Positions 22,310 through 41,057 of a stretch of DNA of 64,000 nt are shown here, one piece after another. The notes beneath the pieces are model-generated. The model saw only the letters and a program-made list of their open reading frames with translations, had not been told where the DNA came from and did not search any database. Numbering within the stretch: the stretch's first letter is position 1; each line of letters opens with the position of its first letter. Source of the stretch: Syncephalis fuscata S228 (Eukaryota > Fungi > Zoopagomycota); assembly GCA_025786725.1 (NCBI GenBank), contig JAHLTZ010000013.1:496001-560000 (forward strand), read 5' to 3'. A program made the position numbers and the translations under genes.

Positions 22310-23825
22310 TGAGCCATTTTGTTATGATTACAATTACTGGTTTTAATAAAGTGGATTGCTGTTACTGCATGGGTGTGCGTGTGTGTGTGTGTGTATTCAT
22401 TTTACTGGTTCAACTATAGAATGTAGCCAGCACTGGTTATAACCAACCATGATAGTGATTACTGCGATGATTTGCTGTACCAATGAGCGAGCACCACGCA
22501 CTCATGATTATTATTATTGCAATATTAATATATCAATAGTAATCATGTTGTTAATACAAATACACATACAATTAATACACATGTAATTAATTATTGACAC
22601 AGTTATCATTATTTATTATCGATCTCGTGTGTCGTTCAAAATATCACATTTACTGTGCGAAATACCTGTTGTGTATATCCCTTCTTTTATTCCATTATTT
22701 TGGTATCGTGGTGACTGCAAACACTCTACCGTGTGTTCTACTATTTGTTTATCCTTGATTTCTCTAGAGAGACCTCATCGGCATTGTTTATTCATAAATA
22801 GTGGATTTTGCTCTCTTATATATCTATATATCCATTGATATCCACATTGTCTCAGCACACAACAAGATTGCTACTGAAGCAGAAGAGCACCAGGTAAGTT
22901 GGATGCGGTGATGCTTAGACAGCTACAGGTCTAGCTATTTGTATAGCTGGTAGTTGCTTGTTAAGTTGTAGATGGTGCACTAGCGGGATGATAGACTATA
23001 ACAGCCGTACTAGCTTGTATTGCACCATGATGCTTGACCAATGTCAATAGTAGCGGAGATTGGTTTGGTTAGCAGTGGTAGTGACTATCTTGTTGTTTGA
23101 TGACAAGTCGTTTATGGTGCTTGAACAACAACAAATAGTGACTAGGACAGAGCGAGAGAAAGCAAATTGGTGCATTTCTTTGTCTTGTAGTTAGTGGCGT
23201 GGTTGTTGATGAGGGGCATAGATAGATGAGTATATGCATATAGCATATAGCATATGGTATATGGTATATAGTATATGGTATATAGAATATAACATATAGA
23301 ATATAGGCGCGGTGTAAACAATAATAATGCTAGCTACTATTTAGACTAGTATTGCAGAAGGCGATATCCATACATAAAATATAGCCACTAACTAATTGGT
23401 TAACGGGCCACAACAATATATGACTATAGCTGTTTTTGTGACATTATTCAGATGATCTAAGTGCAGTGCTTCTAATTGCGCCTACCTTTATTCTTTTCTT
23501 CTATTTGGCATATATATATACACACCAAGTTGATCATCTTTTTATTTGTGACAACGTATCGCAATCTATTAAATACGCTGAATCGTGCTGTCACAGCGTG
23601 TAAAGTCTTGTCCCCAATTAGTTGACTAGCGATTGCTGGTTCACTCTACAGACAGTATGCAAGTACTGATGGGCTCTACTTGCGTGTAGTAGTGCTATTT
23701 AGTAGGCGTGTATGCTAATCTATAGCTTATTGTTAGACTCAAGACGTAGAGGGTTTTAATCAGTATTTTGTTATATTGAACACGGCTGTATTCAGCATAC
23801 GCATACCTAGTCGATATCAACGACC

Positions 23826-25375
23826 ATGGCTACCAGTATTTTATCTGACCGGCAAAAAGAAGAGCTGTTAGTATTGACGTCATAACAGGATAACACGCTA
23901 ATCATTGGCATATATTTATATACGACGTTTAGACAGCGGGCCATTCTTGATTTTTTAAACACAAATGGTTATCGAGAAGCATATGAAGCATTGAAGCTTG
24001 AAAGCAGCAATGAAGATTTTGACCCTGATCCCAAGAGCAAATATAGTGGATTATTGGAGAAAAAATGGACATCAGTAATTCGACTACAGAAGAAGGTAAG
24101 AGCAAGGACGACTAAAGATGGATGTTAAGCGTTAAATGGCTGTAAAGATTATGGATTTAGAAGGTAAACTGGCACAATCACAAGCAGAATTGGCGATAGC
24201 ACCGGTGCGTAAAGCAACGAGCTCAGTTGATTGGATTCCGCGTGGACCAGAGAAGCATTTATTGTCGGGACATCGATCACCAGTGACGCGCGTTTGTTTC
24301 CATCCCGTATTTTCAGTATTGGCAACGGCAAGTGAGGATACGACGATTAAAGTATGGGACTACGAGACGGGAGAGTTTGAACGCACGCTAAAGGGACACA
24401 CCAAAGCAGTTCAAGATATTGGATTTGATTCAAGAGGCAATTTTCTTGGTAAGCTATTCTTTTAGATAAATATACTAGTATTTGTTACTAATTTTTGCTA
24501 TTTAGTCTCGTGCTCGGCTGATTTGACAATCAAGATATGGGATTTACAAAATGATTACAAGTGTATTAAAACGTTATACGGTCATGACCATAGTGTTTCA
24601 GCAGTCATGTTTATGCCAGGTGGTGATAAGATTGTTTCGGCATCGCGTGACAAAACGATTAAGATCTGGGAGGTGGCGTCAGGGTAAATAGCTATTGCGA
24701 CGATGCATTGTTCTGTTATCAGGCATCTAAGTATTTGTTTATTATAGATATTGTGTCCGAACATTGCAAGGCCATTTGGAATGGGTACGCGCCATTAGTA
24801 TGACTGAAGATAGCCGTATGTTGGCCAGTGGATCTAATGATCAGGTGGGTGATTTGATAGATGGATATATGGAATGATTAATGACATGGAATAACTAGAC
24901 GGTGCGTATTTGGGAGCTTTCCACAGGAGAATGCAAGGCAGATTTACGTGGACACGACCACGTTGTTGAATGCGTAGCATTTGCCCCAGTGACCGCTTAC
25001 CCATTTATTCGAGAATTGGTTGGTATTGAAACGGCCAAGAAAGGCAGTAAGGATGAACAGCCCGGCCAGTATTTGGTTTCTGGATCGCGTGATAAAGTGC
25101 TTAAACTATGGGACGCTCAATCGGGCCAGTGCCTCCACACGTTCGTCGGTCATGACAATTGGGTGCGCGGTGTCGTTTTCCACCCATCTGGCAAGTATTT
25201 GCTCAGTGCGAGCGATGATAAGATGTTAAAGATCTGGGATCTTAAGACGGGACGGGCACAAAAGACCATTGAGGCACACCAACACTTTACGACGTGTGTG
25301 GCCTTCAACACGAACAGTCCAACGGTAGCGACGGGGAGTGTAGACCAGAGTGTTAAAATATGGGAATGCCGATAA
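23826..25375 (+). CDS. PAC1: LIS1/NudF/Pac1 dynein regulator (LisH, coiled coil, WD40); multi-exon
   Basis: [98 protein letters not shown]. Confidence 0.97.
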
Positions 25376-25775
25376 TAAATAAAGAGTCTTTTTGTTATCT
25401 TTGAAAAAATAGCTAGATTACTAAAGTAGATTAAATTTTAAATGGCTTATGCTTTTGTTATTATCGAGTGTATAATTGTTACTGTTATTAACACTTATAT
25501 TTGGTAAAGAGTAGTGATGACTACCAGTAGTGGATATTGATAAACATAGTGACTACTAGTCGTTGGTAATGGCACGATTAGATTAATACAGTTGACTGAC
25601 TTATGATGGCATTAGTTTACACAGCAATAAATTAAAATGAATATAAAAGAATTGGCTGTACTACTAAAGCATTTATAAAAGTTTAGCTATTTATAACTGT
25701 TGAGTTTCACTAAACAAGTTAATTATCATCTACCATACTATTTTACGGTATTAATTATAATGTATATATAACTCA

Positions 25776-28452
25776 CCGATGTGCTATGTGGATTGATTTA
25801 ACGGTGTGATAAATGGGTTGGCAGTGAAATTAGAGCATATTTTGGTAATAGTCAAGACATGTACGAGTATATTTAGTATATGGATACAATAGCAATGCTA
25901 TGGCATAAATATTTGATTAATATATTACAGACTATGGTGCATTACGGAAAGACTATTGTGCATGTATATAGCAACTATTTTGGTATAGATTAATATTGAG
26001 TTAATACGGCTATTTAAGGTTTCCAACGATGCTATGACAAAACTAGTAGTTTTGGTACTATTCTAATGCCAATGAACATTATTACAGAAAAGTATATATG
26101 AATATGTATTGGCTATTGGTCTATAATATTTGTTTGCCGACTTATAATTATAACTATGAACGTGTCTGTTAAAGATGTAAATAAGATTTTGTGGTTTTTT
26201 GCAACCATTATTGATATGTCATTTATTGGAGTTATTTTGTACATGTATCTATGAGCAATAAACCTATTTAATTCTGATGTAAACTAAACCTTTATGTATG
26301 TAGTTTGTTTTTTGAAATTACCATAATCATTTGGCTATTGATTTATTTTAGTAAAGCTATTGAGGCATGTGTTCTGTGTGACTGGCAGCATTGCAACAAT
26401 GCTGGTTAGCTAGTAGGCGTAATAGTGTAAACTACCATACAATCAGTCCTAAATATACCCTAGTTATACGTCAACCATGCATAGTGTATATTGGTATTGC
26501 TGATATACTGTTGGCTTATAATAACAACAAGCAATTGTCAAACTGGTTAAACACATGGCATCAATATAACTGGCTAAGTTATAATAGATGTTGCTATTGC
26601 TATACAATTACCGATGGCTAATAATAAATGCAATAATATTACTATCATTAACTAACGCGGTATACATCTACTGGTTGCAGCTAGTGTATGCCATAATACT
26701 TTGGCTGTTTATTTCAATGCGTTAGCATGTTTATTCAGCATTATGACTAATAAACACATTGTATACGGATGTAGTTAGTGTCAATAATGGGCACAATATG
26801 TAAACAGCTGTGTTCTTGATATGTATAATTGTATGGTGTATATAAATATAAATCAACAATTAAACAATTGTCAATGATTAGCAGTGAACACAAAAACATT
26901 AAACTACTGTTGTCATCAACATATAAGCAGACGTATTAGTTGGCAATAACACCATTTTAATATTACTCATGACTGTTATCAAGTCTATAATACTTAATTG
27001 ACAATGCTATACTACTAATAACGATAAAAATAGCAGAAACTCATAGCAAAACTATTATTGACATATGACCAAATAACCATTAGTTATAGCGCTAGTATAT
27101 ATAGCTAGTTAAGTATTAGTATTCCGCACTGATTACTGATGGTTTGATTAGGCAGTATTTACAAATGCTGTTGACTAGTTGTATTAACCGATTGGTTGTA
27201 ATCAATATGCTGCTATGTCAGTGTTTTATTAAGTAAATATGCTAGTAATAGCGGATTAGCACCAACATATCATAATATCTTATAACTCGATAGCCATCAT
27301 TATATTAGCCAGATGTCTATTAATCAAATAAATACAGTATTGATAACAGTTAGTTATACGTTAATGAACATGTAACATCACTATCAGCTAATTATTTGAT
27401 TGTATTTACGCTATCTATTTATTGTGCATCACTAGTCACTAATATACAGTTGATGTTAAATATGCTGCGTAAATCATTGGCATGATATAGCCACTGATAT
27501 TAATAGTCAGCAAGTGCTATCTATACAACTTAATGCCACTATAAAGTAATGATATGTATTGCAGTGTAACAACTAAGAGTTAGAAAAATGCCATTTGTAT
27601 TGACAACGGCAATGGTATAATTTGTTTATAAAATATTTTAACCAAAGCTATTGTTTATACATTATTAGTTACCAACATAAGCATGAATATTACTATTGAT
27701 TGTTGAAAATAGTATGCCAGTTATTACTAAATAGTTAGCAACCGAAATGATGCAGCTATTAGTGGTATTGGCCAATCTGCAACATACCTACAGATAACAT
27801 GAGCACTTGGTGTATACTTACCGCTAGCTATCAATCAGCCTACTGCCGTCATAAATTAGCATAAATGTCTACTTGTTTAGTAAGTGGCAGCATGACATGC
27901 ATTGCTACAACCGATGACTGTTCACGAGATTTGATGTTGTACAACAGCAATGATATGACGTGCGCCCCAATGGTAGTAATATACTAATAGCTGTTATTGG
28001 TATACATTTGGATAGTGGCTATTTAGTGACCAGAAGTAATGTCGCATAATATGGCCTACCAATAATGCTGCTTATGCTTACTTCACATTACCATTGATAC
28101 TAATAAAATAGGCAATATACATGGCTAGCACATTGTTCATAACACGCATAGTCAACGGTTTATCAGTGTAGGCTATTGCGCTATTATATAGACACTGTAA
28201 ATATATACAATACCTACCACTAATATATCTATTAGCAATTAATACACTTTTTTATTAGTATTTGTGTAGGCTTATACTGTAAAATAGCAGAGGGAATTAT
28301 TGTCGCTTTTTTGATTAACCAATTGATTTTCACCGATTTTTAATTCCATCAGTAATTAGCTAGAAATACATAATACCATTCATTATGACCGCATAGACTT
28401 GGCGCATTGACACATATAAGTTATGTATTTTTGAAAATTGTAGAAAATGCTA
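25776..28452 (+). repeat. Left arm of a ~5.4-kb palindrome (long inverted repeat)
   Basis: Reverse complement of 28509-31183 at every point checked, e.g. 25801 ACGGTGTGATAAATGGGT vs 31141 ACCCATTTATCACACCGT, and 28381 CATTATGACCGCATAGACTTGGCGCA vs ~28553 TGCGCCAAGTCTATGCGGTCATAATG. Confidence 0.95.
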
Positions 28453-28508
28453 CATATAGAAACAGCAATATTATTATTAAAATGGCACTTTAAGCATTTT
28501 TTAGTTGT

Positions 28509-31183
28509 TAGCATTTTCATAATTTTCAAAATACATGACTTATATGTGTCGATGCGCCAAGTCTATGCGGTCATAATGAATGGTATTATGTATTTCTAGC
28601 TAATTACTGATGGAATTAAAAATCGGTGAAAATCACTTGATTAATCAAAAAAGCGACAATAATTCCTTTGCTATTTTACAGTACAAGCCTACACAAATAC
28701 TAATAAAAAAGTGTATTAATTGCTAATAGATATATTAGTGGTAGGTATTGTATATATTTACAGTGTCTTATAATAGCGCAATAGCCTACACTGATAAACC
28801 GTTGACTATGCGTGTTATGAACAATGTGCTAGCCATGTATATTGCCTATTTTATTAGCATCAATGGTAATGTGAAGTAAGCATAAGCAGCATTATTGGTA
28901 GGCCATATTATGCGACATTACTTCTGGTCACTAAATAGCCACTATCCAAATGTATACAATAACAGCTATTAGTATATTACTCACCATTGGGGCGCACGTC
29001 ATATCATTGCTGTTGTACAACATCAAATCTCGTGAACAGTCATCGGTTGGTAGCAATGCATGTCATGATGCCACTTACTAAACAAGTAGACATTTATGCT
29101 AATTTATGACGGCAGTAGGCTGATTGATAGCTAGCGGTAAGTATACACCAAGTGCTCATGTTATCTGTAGGTATGTTGCAGATTGGCCAATACCACTAAT
29201 AGCTGCATCATTTCGGTTGCTAACTATTTAGTAATAACTGGCATACTATTTTCAACAATCAATAGTAATATTCATGCTTATGTTGGTAACTAATAATGTA
29301 TAAACAATAGCTTTGGTTAAAATATTTTATTAAACAAATTATACCATTGCCGTTGTCAATACAAATGGCATTTTTCTAACTCTTAGTTGTTACACTGTAA
29401 TACACATCATTACCTTATAGTGGCATTAAGTTGTATAGATAGCACTTGCTGACTATTAATATCAGTGGCTATATCATGCCAATGATTTACGCAGCATATT
29501 TAACACTAACTGTATATTAGTGACTAGTGATGCACAATAAATAGATAGCGTAAATACAATCAAATAATTAGCTGATAGTGATGTTACATGTTCATTAACG
29601 TATAACTAACTGTTATCAATACTGTATTTCATTTGATTAATAGACATCTGGCTAATATAATGATGGCTATCGAGTTATAAGATATTGATGATATGTTGGT
29701 GCTAATCCGCTATTACTAGCATATTTACTTAATAAAACACTGGCATAGCAGCATATTGATTATGACCAATCGGTTAATACAACTAGTCAACAGCATTTGT
29801 AAATACTGCCTAATCAAACCATCAGTAATCAGTGCGGAATACTAATACTTAACTAGCTATATATACTAGCGCTATAACTAATGGTTATTTGGTCATATGT
29901 CAATAATAGTTTTGCTATGAGTTTCTGCTATTTTTATCGTTATTAGTAGTATAGCATTGTCAATTAAGTATTATAGACTTGATAACAGTCATGAGTAATA
30001 TTAAAATGGTGTTATTGCCAACTAATACGTCTGCTTATATGTTGATGACAACAGTAGTTTAATGTTTTGTGTTCACTGCTAATCATTGACAATTGTTTAA
30101 TTGTTGATTTATATTTATATACACCATACAATTATACATATCAAGAACACAGCTGTTTACATATTGTGCCCATTATTGACACTAACTACATCCGTATACA
30201 ATGTGTTTATTAGTCATAATGCCGAATAAACATGCTAACGCATTGAAATAAACAGCCAAAGTATTATGGCATACACTAGCTGCAACCAGTAGATGTATAC
30301 TGCGTTAGTTAATGATAGTAATATTATTGCATTTATTATTAGCCATCGGTAATTGTATAGCAATAGCAACATCTATTATAACTTAGCCAGTTATATTGAT
30401 GCCATGTGTTTAACCAGTTTGACAATTGCTCGTTGTTATTATAAGCCAACGTATATCAGCAATACCAATATACACTATGCATGATTGACGTATAACTAGG
30501 GTATATTTAGGACTGATTGTATGGTAGTTTACACTATTACGCCTACTAGCTAACCAGCATTGTTGCAATGCTGCTAGTCACACAGAACACATGCCTCAAT
30601 AGCTTTACTAAAATAAATCAATAGCCAAATGATTATGGTAATTTCAAAAAACAAACTACATACATAAAGGTTTGTTTATATCAGAATTAAATAGGTTTAT
30701 TGCTTCATAGATACATGTACAAAATAACTCCAATAAATGACATATCAATAATGGTTGCAAAAAACCACAAAATCTTATTTACATCTTTAACAGACACGTT
30801 CATAGTTATAATTTATAAGTCGGCAAACAAATATTATAGACCAATAGCTAATACATATTATATATACTTTTCTGTAATAATGTTCATTGGCATTAGAATA
30901 GTACCAAAACTACTAGTTTTGTCATAGCATCGTTGGAAACCTTAAATAGCCGTATTAACTCAATATTAATCTATACCAAAATAGTTGCTATATACATGCA
31001 CAATAGTCTTTCCGTAATACTCCATAGCCTGTAATATATTAATCAAATATTTATGCCATAGCATTGCTATTGTATCCATATACTAAATATACTCGTACAT
31101 GTCTTGGCTATTACCAAAATATGCTCTAATTTCACTGGCAACCCATTTATCACACCGTTTAATCAATCCACATAACATATCGG
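28509..31183 (-). repeat. Right arm of the ~5.4-kb palindrome
   Basis: See left arm; roughly 95-99% identity by eye; spacer 28453-28508. Confidence 0.95.
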
Positions 31184-32605
31184 CTTTGGTATTAAGGATC
31201 TGTGTCAATTTTATTATTATCTTTAAATATGTTTAATTCAACGGAGCATATTACTTTACTCTGTTTACTTATGAATCAACAGCAGTTCATCGATACTATC
31301 AATTCCCAGTTGTAGGTTGTCAATAAGCAGTGCAAATCTATCAGTTATATTGTCGATAATACATAATTGATTACGTTAAACAAAAGAGTAACATAGTCAA
31401 CTATTTAATAAATACAACGTAATACGGTGTGTACATGTGATGTTAATCAATAATGAAATAAAATGACAAATTCATTCAGCACTACTGCAAATACTGCTGA
31501 TGATGCTAAATAAGTGTCACTCCGTGGATTGGTGTTAAATGAATGGAAATTAAATAAAATAGTAGCTGCAAGGTAGTTAGCATTTTTCGTGTGTATCCTT
31601 GACTGTAATAGTACCAGCCATCAATGAATATATACAAAATATCTAGTATTCAATGTGCTTTAATTCTGATTAGCGGTTTATTCTATATCATTACATTACT
31701 AAATGTACGTATTTCTGTATCAGTAAATATAATGGCATCTACTTGTAATAAATCTATACACAATAGATTGACTGCCTTGTATGTATCCACTAATATTATG
31801 ACTTCATTTTTCTCGAAGGCAATACAATTTTTGATGTTGCCGCCATTATAGATTGTTTTGAATCTAATAATATTGAATGATTAAGAGTAACAATAATAAA
31901 AATATACTTATAATAACATTTAATAAGCAAAATCACTTAATTTAAAGTGGTATATTGTCTAGTTATAAAGTAGTGTAATTAACATAAATCGAAGGCATCG
32001 GTGAGCTTGTTTCTAAACTGTCTATCGCACATAACGCATATACTTGTTATACATTATTTATGATTATCAAACTGTAACAAATATAGCAATAGTCCAACAT
32101 ATACATTTATACATATATATATTGTTAGCCATTGATATTGCAGGTATGTCTGCTGTTATGTTATGTTTACGTATAGTTGTTTAGTTGTTGTTACTGTGTG
32201 TCCTTTGTATATTGTATACCGCTGTGTAGGTAGTCCAACAATGATATAGAGCTGCATAGAAGTATCGAATCGTTTTTCGTAAATTGTCTAATCTACTACA
32301 TTGTTCATGAAATGTATAGCTACTAGTATGTGTATACACATTATTCTACATACAGCTATGCTCTAAATAATACATATCCACCGCAGTTGTTATTGGCTGC
32401 TTGAGTAGTTATAATTGAACAGTTTTTTAGCGTATAGTCGCTTTGCTGCACTTTGCTCTACGTGGAATGCAATTACTGTTTACTTCACAATACGGGCTGG
32501 TAAAAAGAACCGTTTTATTCCATGTACACCACAAAGAGAATAATACAGACTCAACTAGCTAAATGGTGCAGTATATCAGCGTTGCTAAATATTTTGCATT
32601 TTGTG

Positions 32606-32950
32606 TTATTGTGATTCGTGGCCGTAGTAGCCTTCTCGTTCTGCTCGTCGTGCTTGCGCTTGTCGTAATCGTTCACGGTACTGTTCACGTTCTTTCTCTT
32701 TCTCTTCGCGGTATATTTGGTTGTCACGAATAAAGTAGCCGACAAGTCCTACGACAGAAAGTACGCCAAATGTCATGACCCATCGATTAGGCTTAATAAA
32801 CAACTAAGCGCGCACCATTGATTCAGTAAAGTAAGCTCTATAATTCCGCCGTGTTCTTACTTCAGGATTCATAAATCTAAATAGCCGAGTGGCTGCAATC
32901 TTGCCTTCATCGGGCCGTTTAGACGGCAAGGGATCTGTAGATGGCGTCAT
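32606..32950 (-). CDS. SMIM8/DUF4500-like small single-pass membrane protein; one intron (32804-32860)
   Basis: Spliced product ...[36 protein letters not shown]... matches the SMIM8 signature [21 protein letters not shown]; canonical GTAAGA...TAG intron. Confidence 0.8.
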
Positions 32951-34038
32951 GAATGCTAGAAGAAATAGGAAAGAAGCGTATTTTTTAACCAATTTTTTGT
33001 ATTAATATAATAGTGTATATTATTATTTAATTTACTAATCAACTAATATGAGCCAGTTATATGATCTGAGGGTCAAATGGTTATATTCAACAATATCTGC
33101 TCTATTGAACATGGAGCTGAGTAGTGAGTTATATGGATCATCAAAATACTCATTATCATAGATTTATTATCTAGTACGTCTATATACTCCATCAACATGT
33201 ATCAGTATATCATACTGACCACTTTATATTAATAAAATCCACCTATTTATTGCTAACATGTTCTTTATTCAGGTGGATCTATCTCGTTTATTTAGCTGCT
33301 ATATGTACTATGATTTCATTACAATACATCATTTTCTACCCACTCATTATATTCGATACTATCCTATGTTCTATTTATAGAATCTGCCCTTTTCTCCCGT
33401 TAAATGCTTGTATATTTCTACTCAGTTCATCCAAACATATACATACGCATACTGTATCTCTATCATTAATATTTGTATACTTTCTTTGGCTGTTCATTTA
33501 AATCAATATTATTGTATACTCTAACAAAGTAAAAAGATATACGCTTTTAGAGCTCAACCCAAGTCATATTGCCAATATAACTAGTAAATTGTCTTTAAAG
33601 AGTAAAAATACACAATTTATATTAAGCCATATCGCTAGTAGTGGCATATCCTAGTGCAACACAGTTTAACAGATATATAGCTAATGCAACTAATACTTGT
33701 GCCATGTTAAAGCCATGCATAATATAATATTTAGCTACAACTATTGATAGATATCAAAACTACATTATTCTATTTATTTATTTGATTACTATGTCTAGTA
33801 GCCATGTAATAAACGTAATCATATCCATTCCCACTCATAGAATAACACAACTATAAATAGTGGCCATTATCATCATTATTATTATATGCAAACTGCAATA
33901 CCAAGGCGGCTTTGCAATCACAAGGCCAGTGCATACCATGTGGACTGCCTAAACCGTTACGTACTTTCAACACTCAACCCAGCTTTTCGCTTCTTCAACA
34001 ACAACACTGCACATACCACTTACTACTTACAAGCTAAA

Positions 34039-35506
<1,468 letters not shown>

Positions 35507-35673
35507 ACAGAATGTTGTTAAAAGTTGTCGATTCAATTCAATTACATTTCTTATCACTATGATAAATAATAAACTATTTCATTTATTAATATATAAAATA
35601 CGATTGATATTACTTTTATTGTTTAAATATATTGCAACAATTGAATTAAATACGGCCACTGGATATAAATGCT

Positions 35674-40557
<4,884 letters not shown>

Positions 40558-41057
40558 TGTTGTTATGAATGTAGAGTAGTCAATGCAAAATAGTTACAAA
40601 ATAATAAAATAAAACACGCTATTTTTTACATTTTGTGTTATTAATAATAATGATTAGTTTTAGTCTTTTATTTATTACAATTGATAAATTATTACATTTG
40701 TACACTAAAAACTTACCGTTTATATTGACTACTTAATTACCATACAACTGTTGTTAATGCACTCAATCTAATAAAACTATTTGATATAAATACAAACCAG
40801 AATATGATTGTTGTTGTCACAGTGATGGAATGATATGGCTAGCAAGTGCGATAATGAGCAAAGAGAAAAAGCGATTAGTTTTGAGTTTATTGTTTTTTAT
40901 TGTGTGATACAATAGATGGTTATATCATTAAAATCCATCTCATGGTAGTTAAATCGTCTATATACTGTCATATATATATATATATAGCTATTGTAATAAT
41001 GGTTATAGATTGATCGCTTATTAATATGACAAATAATAATAATAAAAAATCCTTTAT

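Noticed and set aside
26391-30927. Short ORFs in the palindrome arms (26391-26621, 30700-30927)
   Set aside because: Short, TTG-started, AT-rich, without domains, and not reported as ORFs in the mirror arm.
25776-31183. Palindrome as a pure fold-back read artefact
   Set aside because: Arms differ by many substitutions, the spacer is distinct and both flanks continue into unique genes. Not favoured, but not fully excluded without reads.
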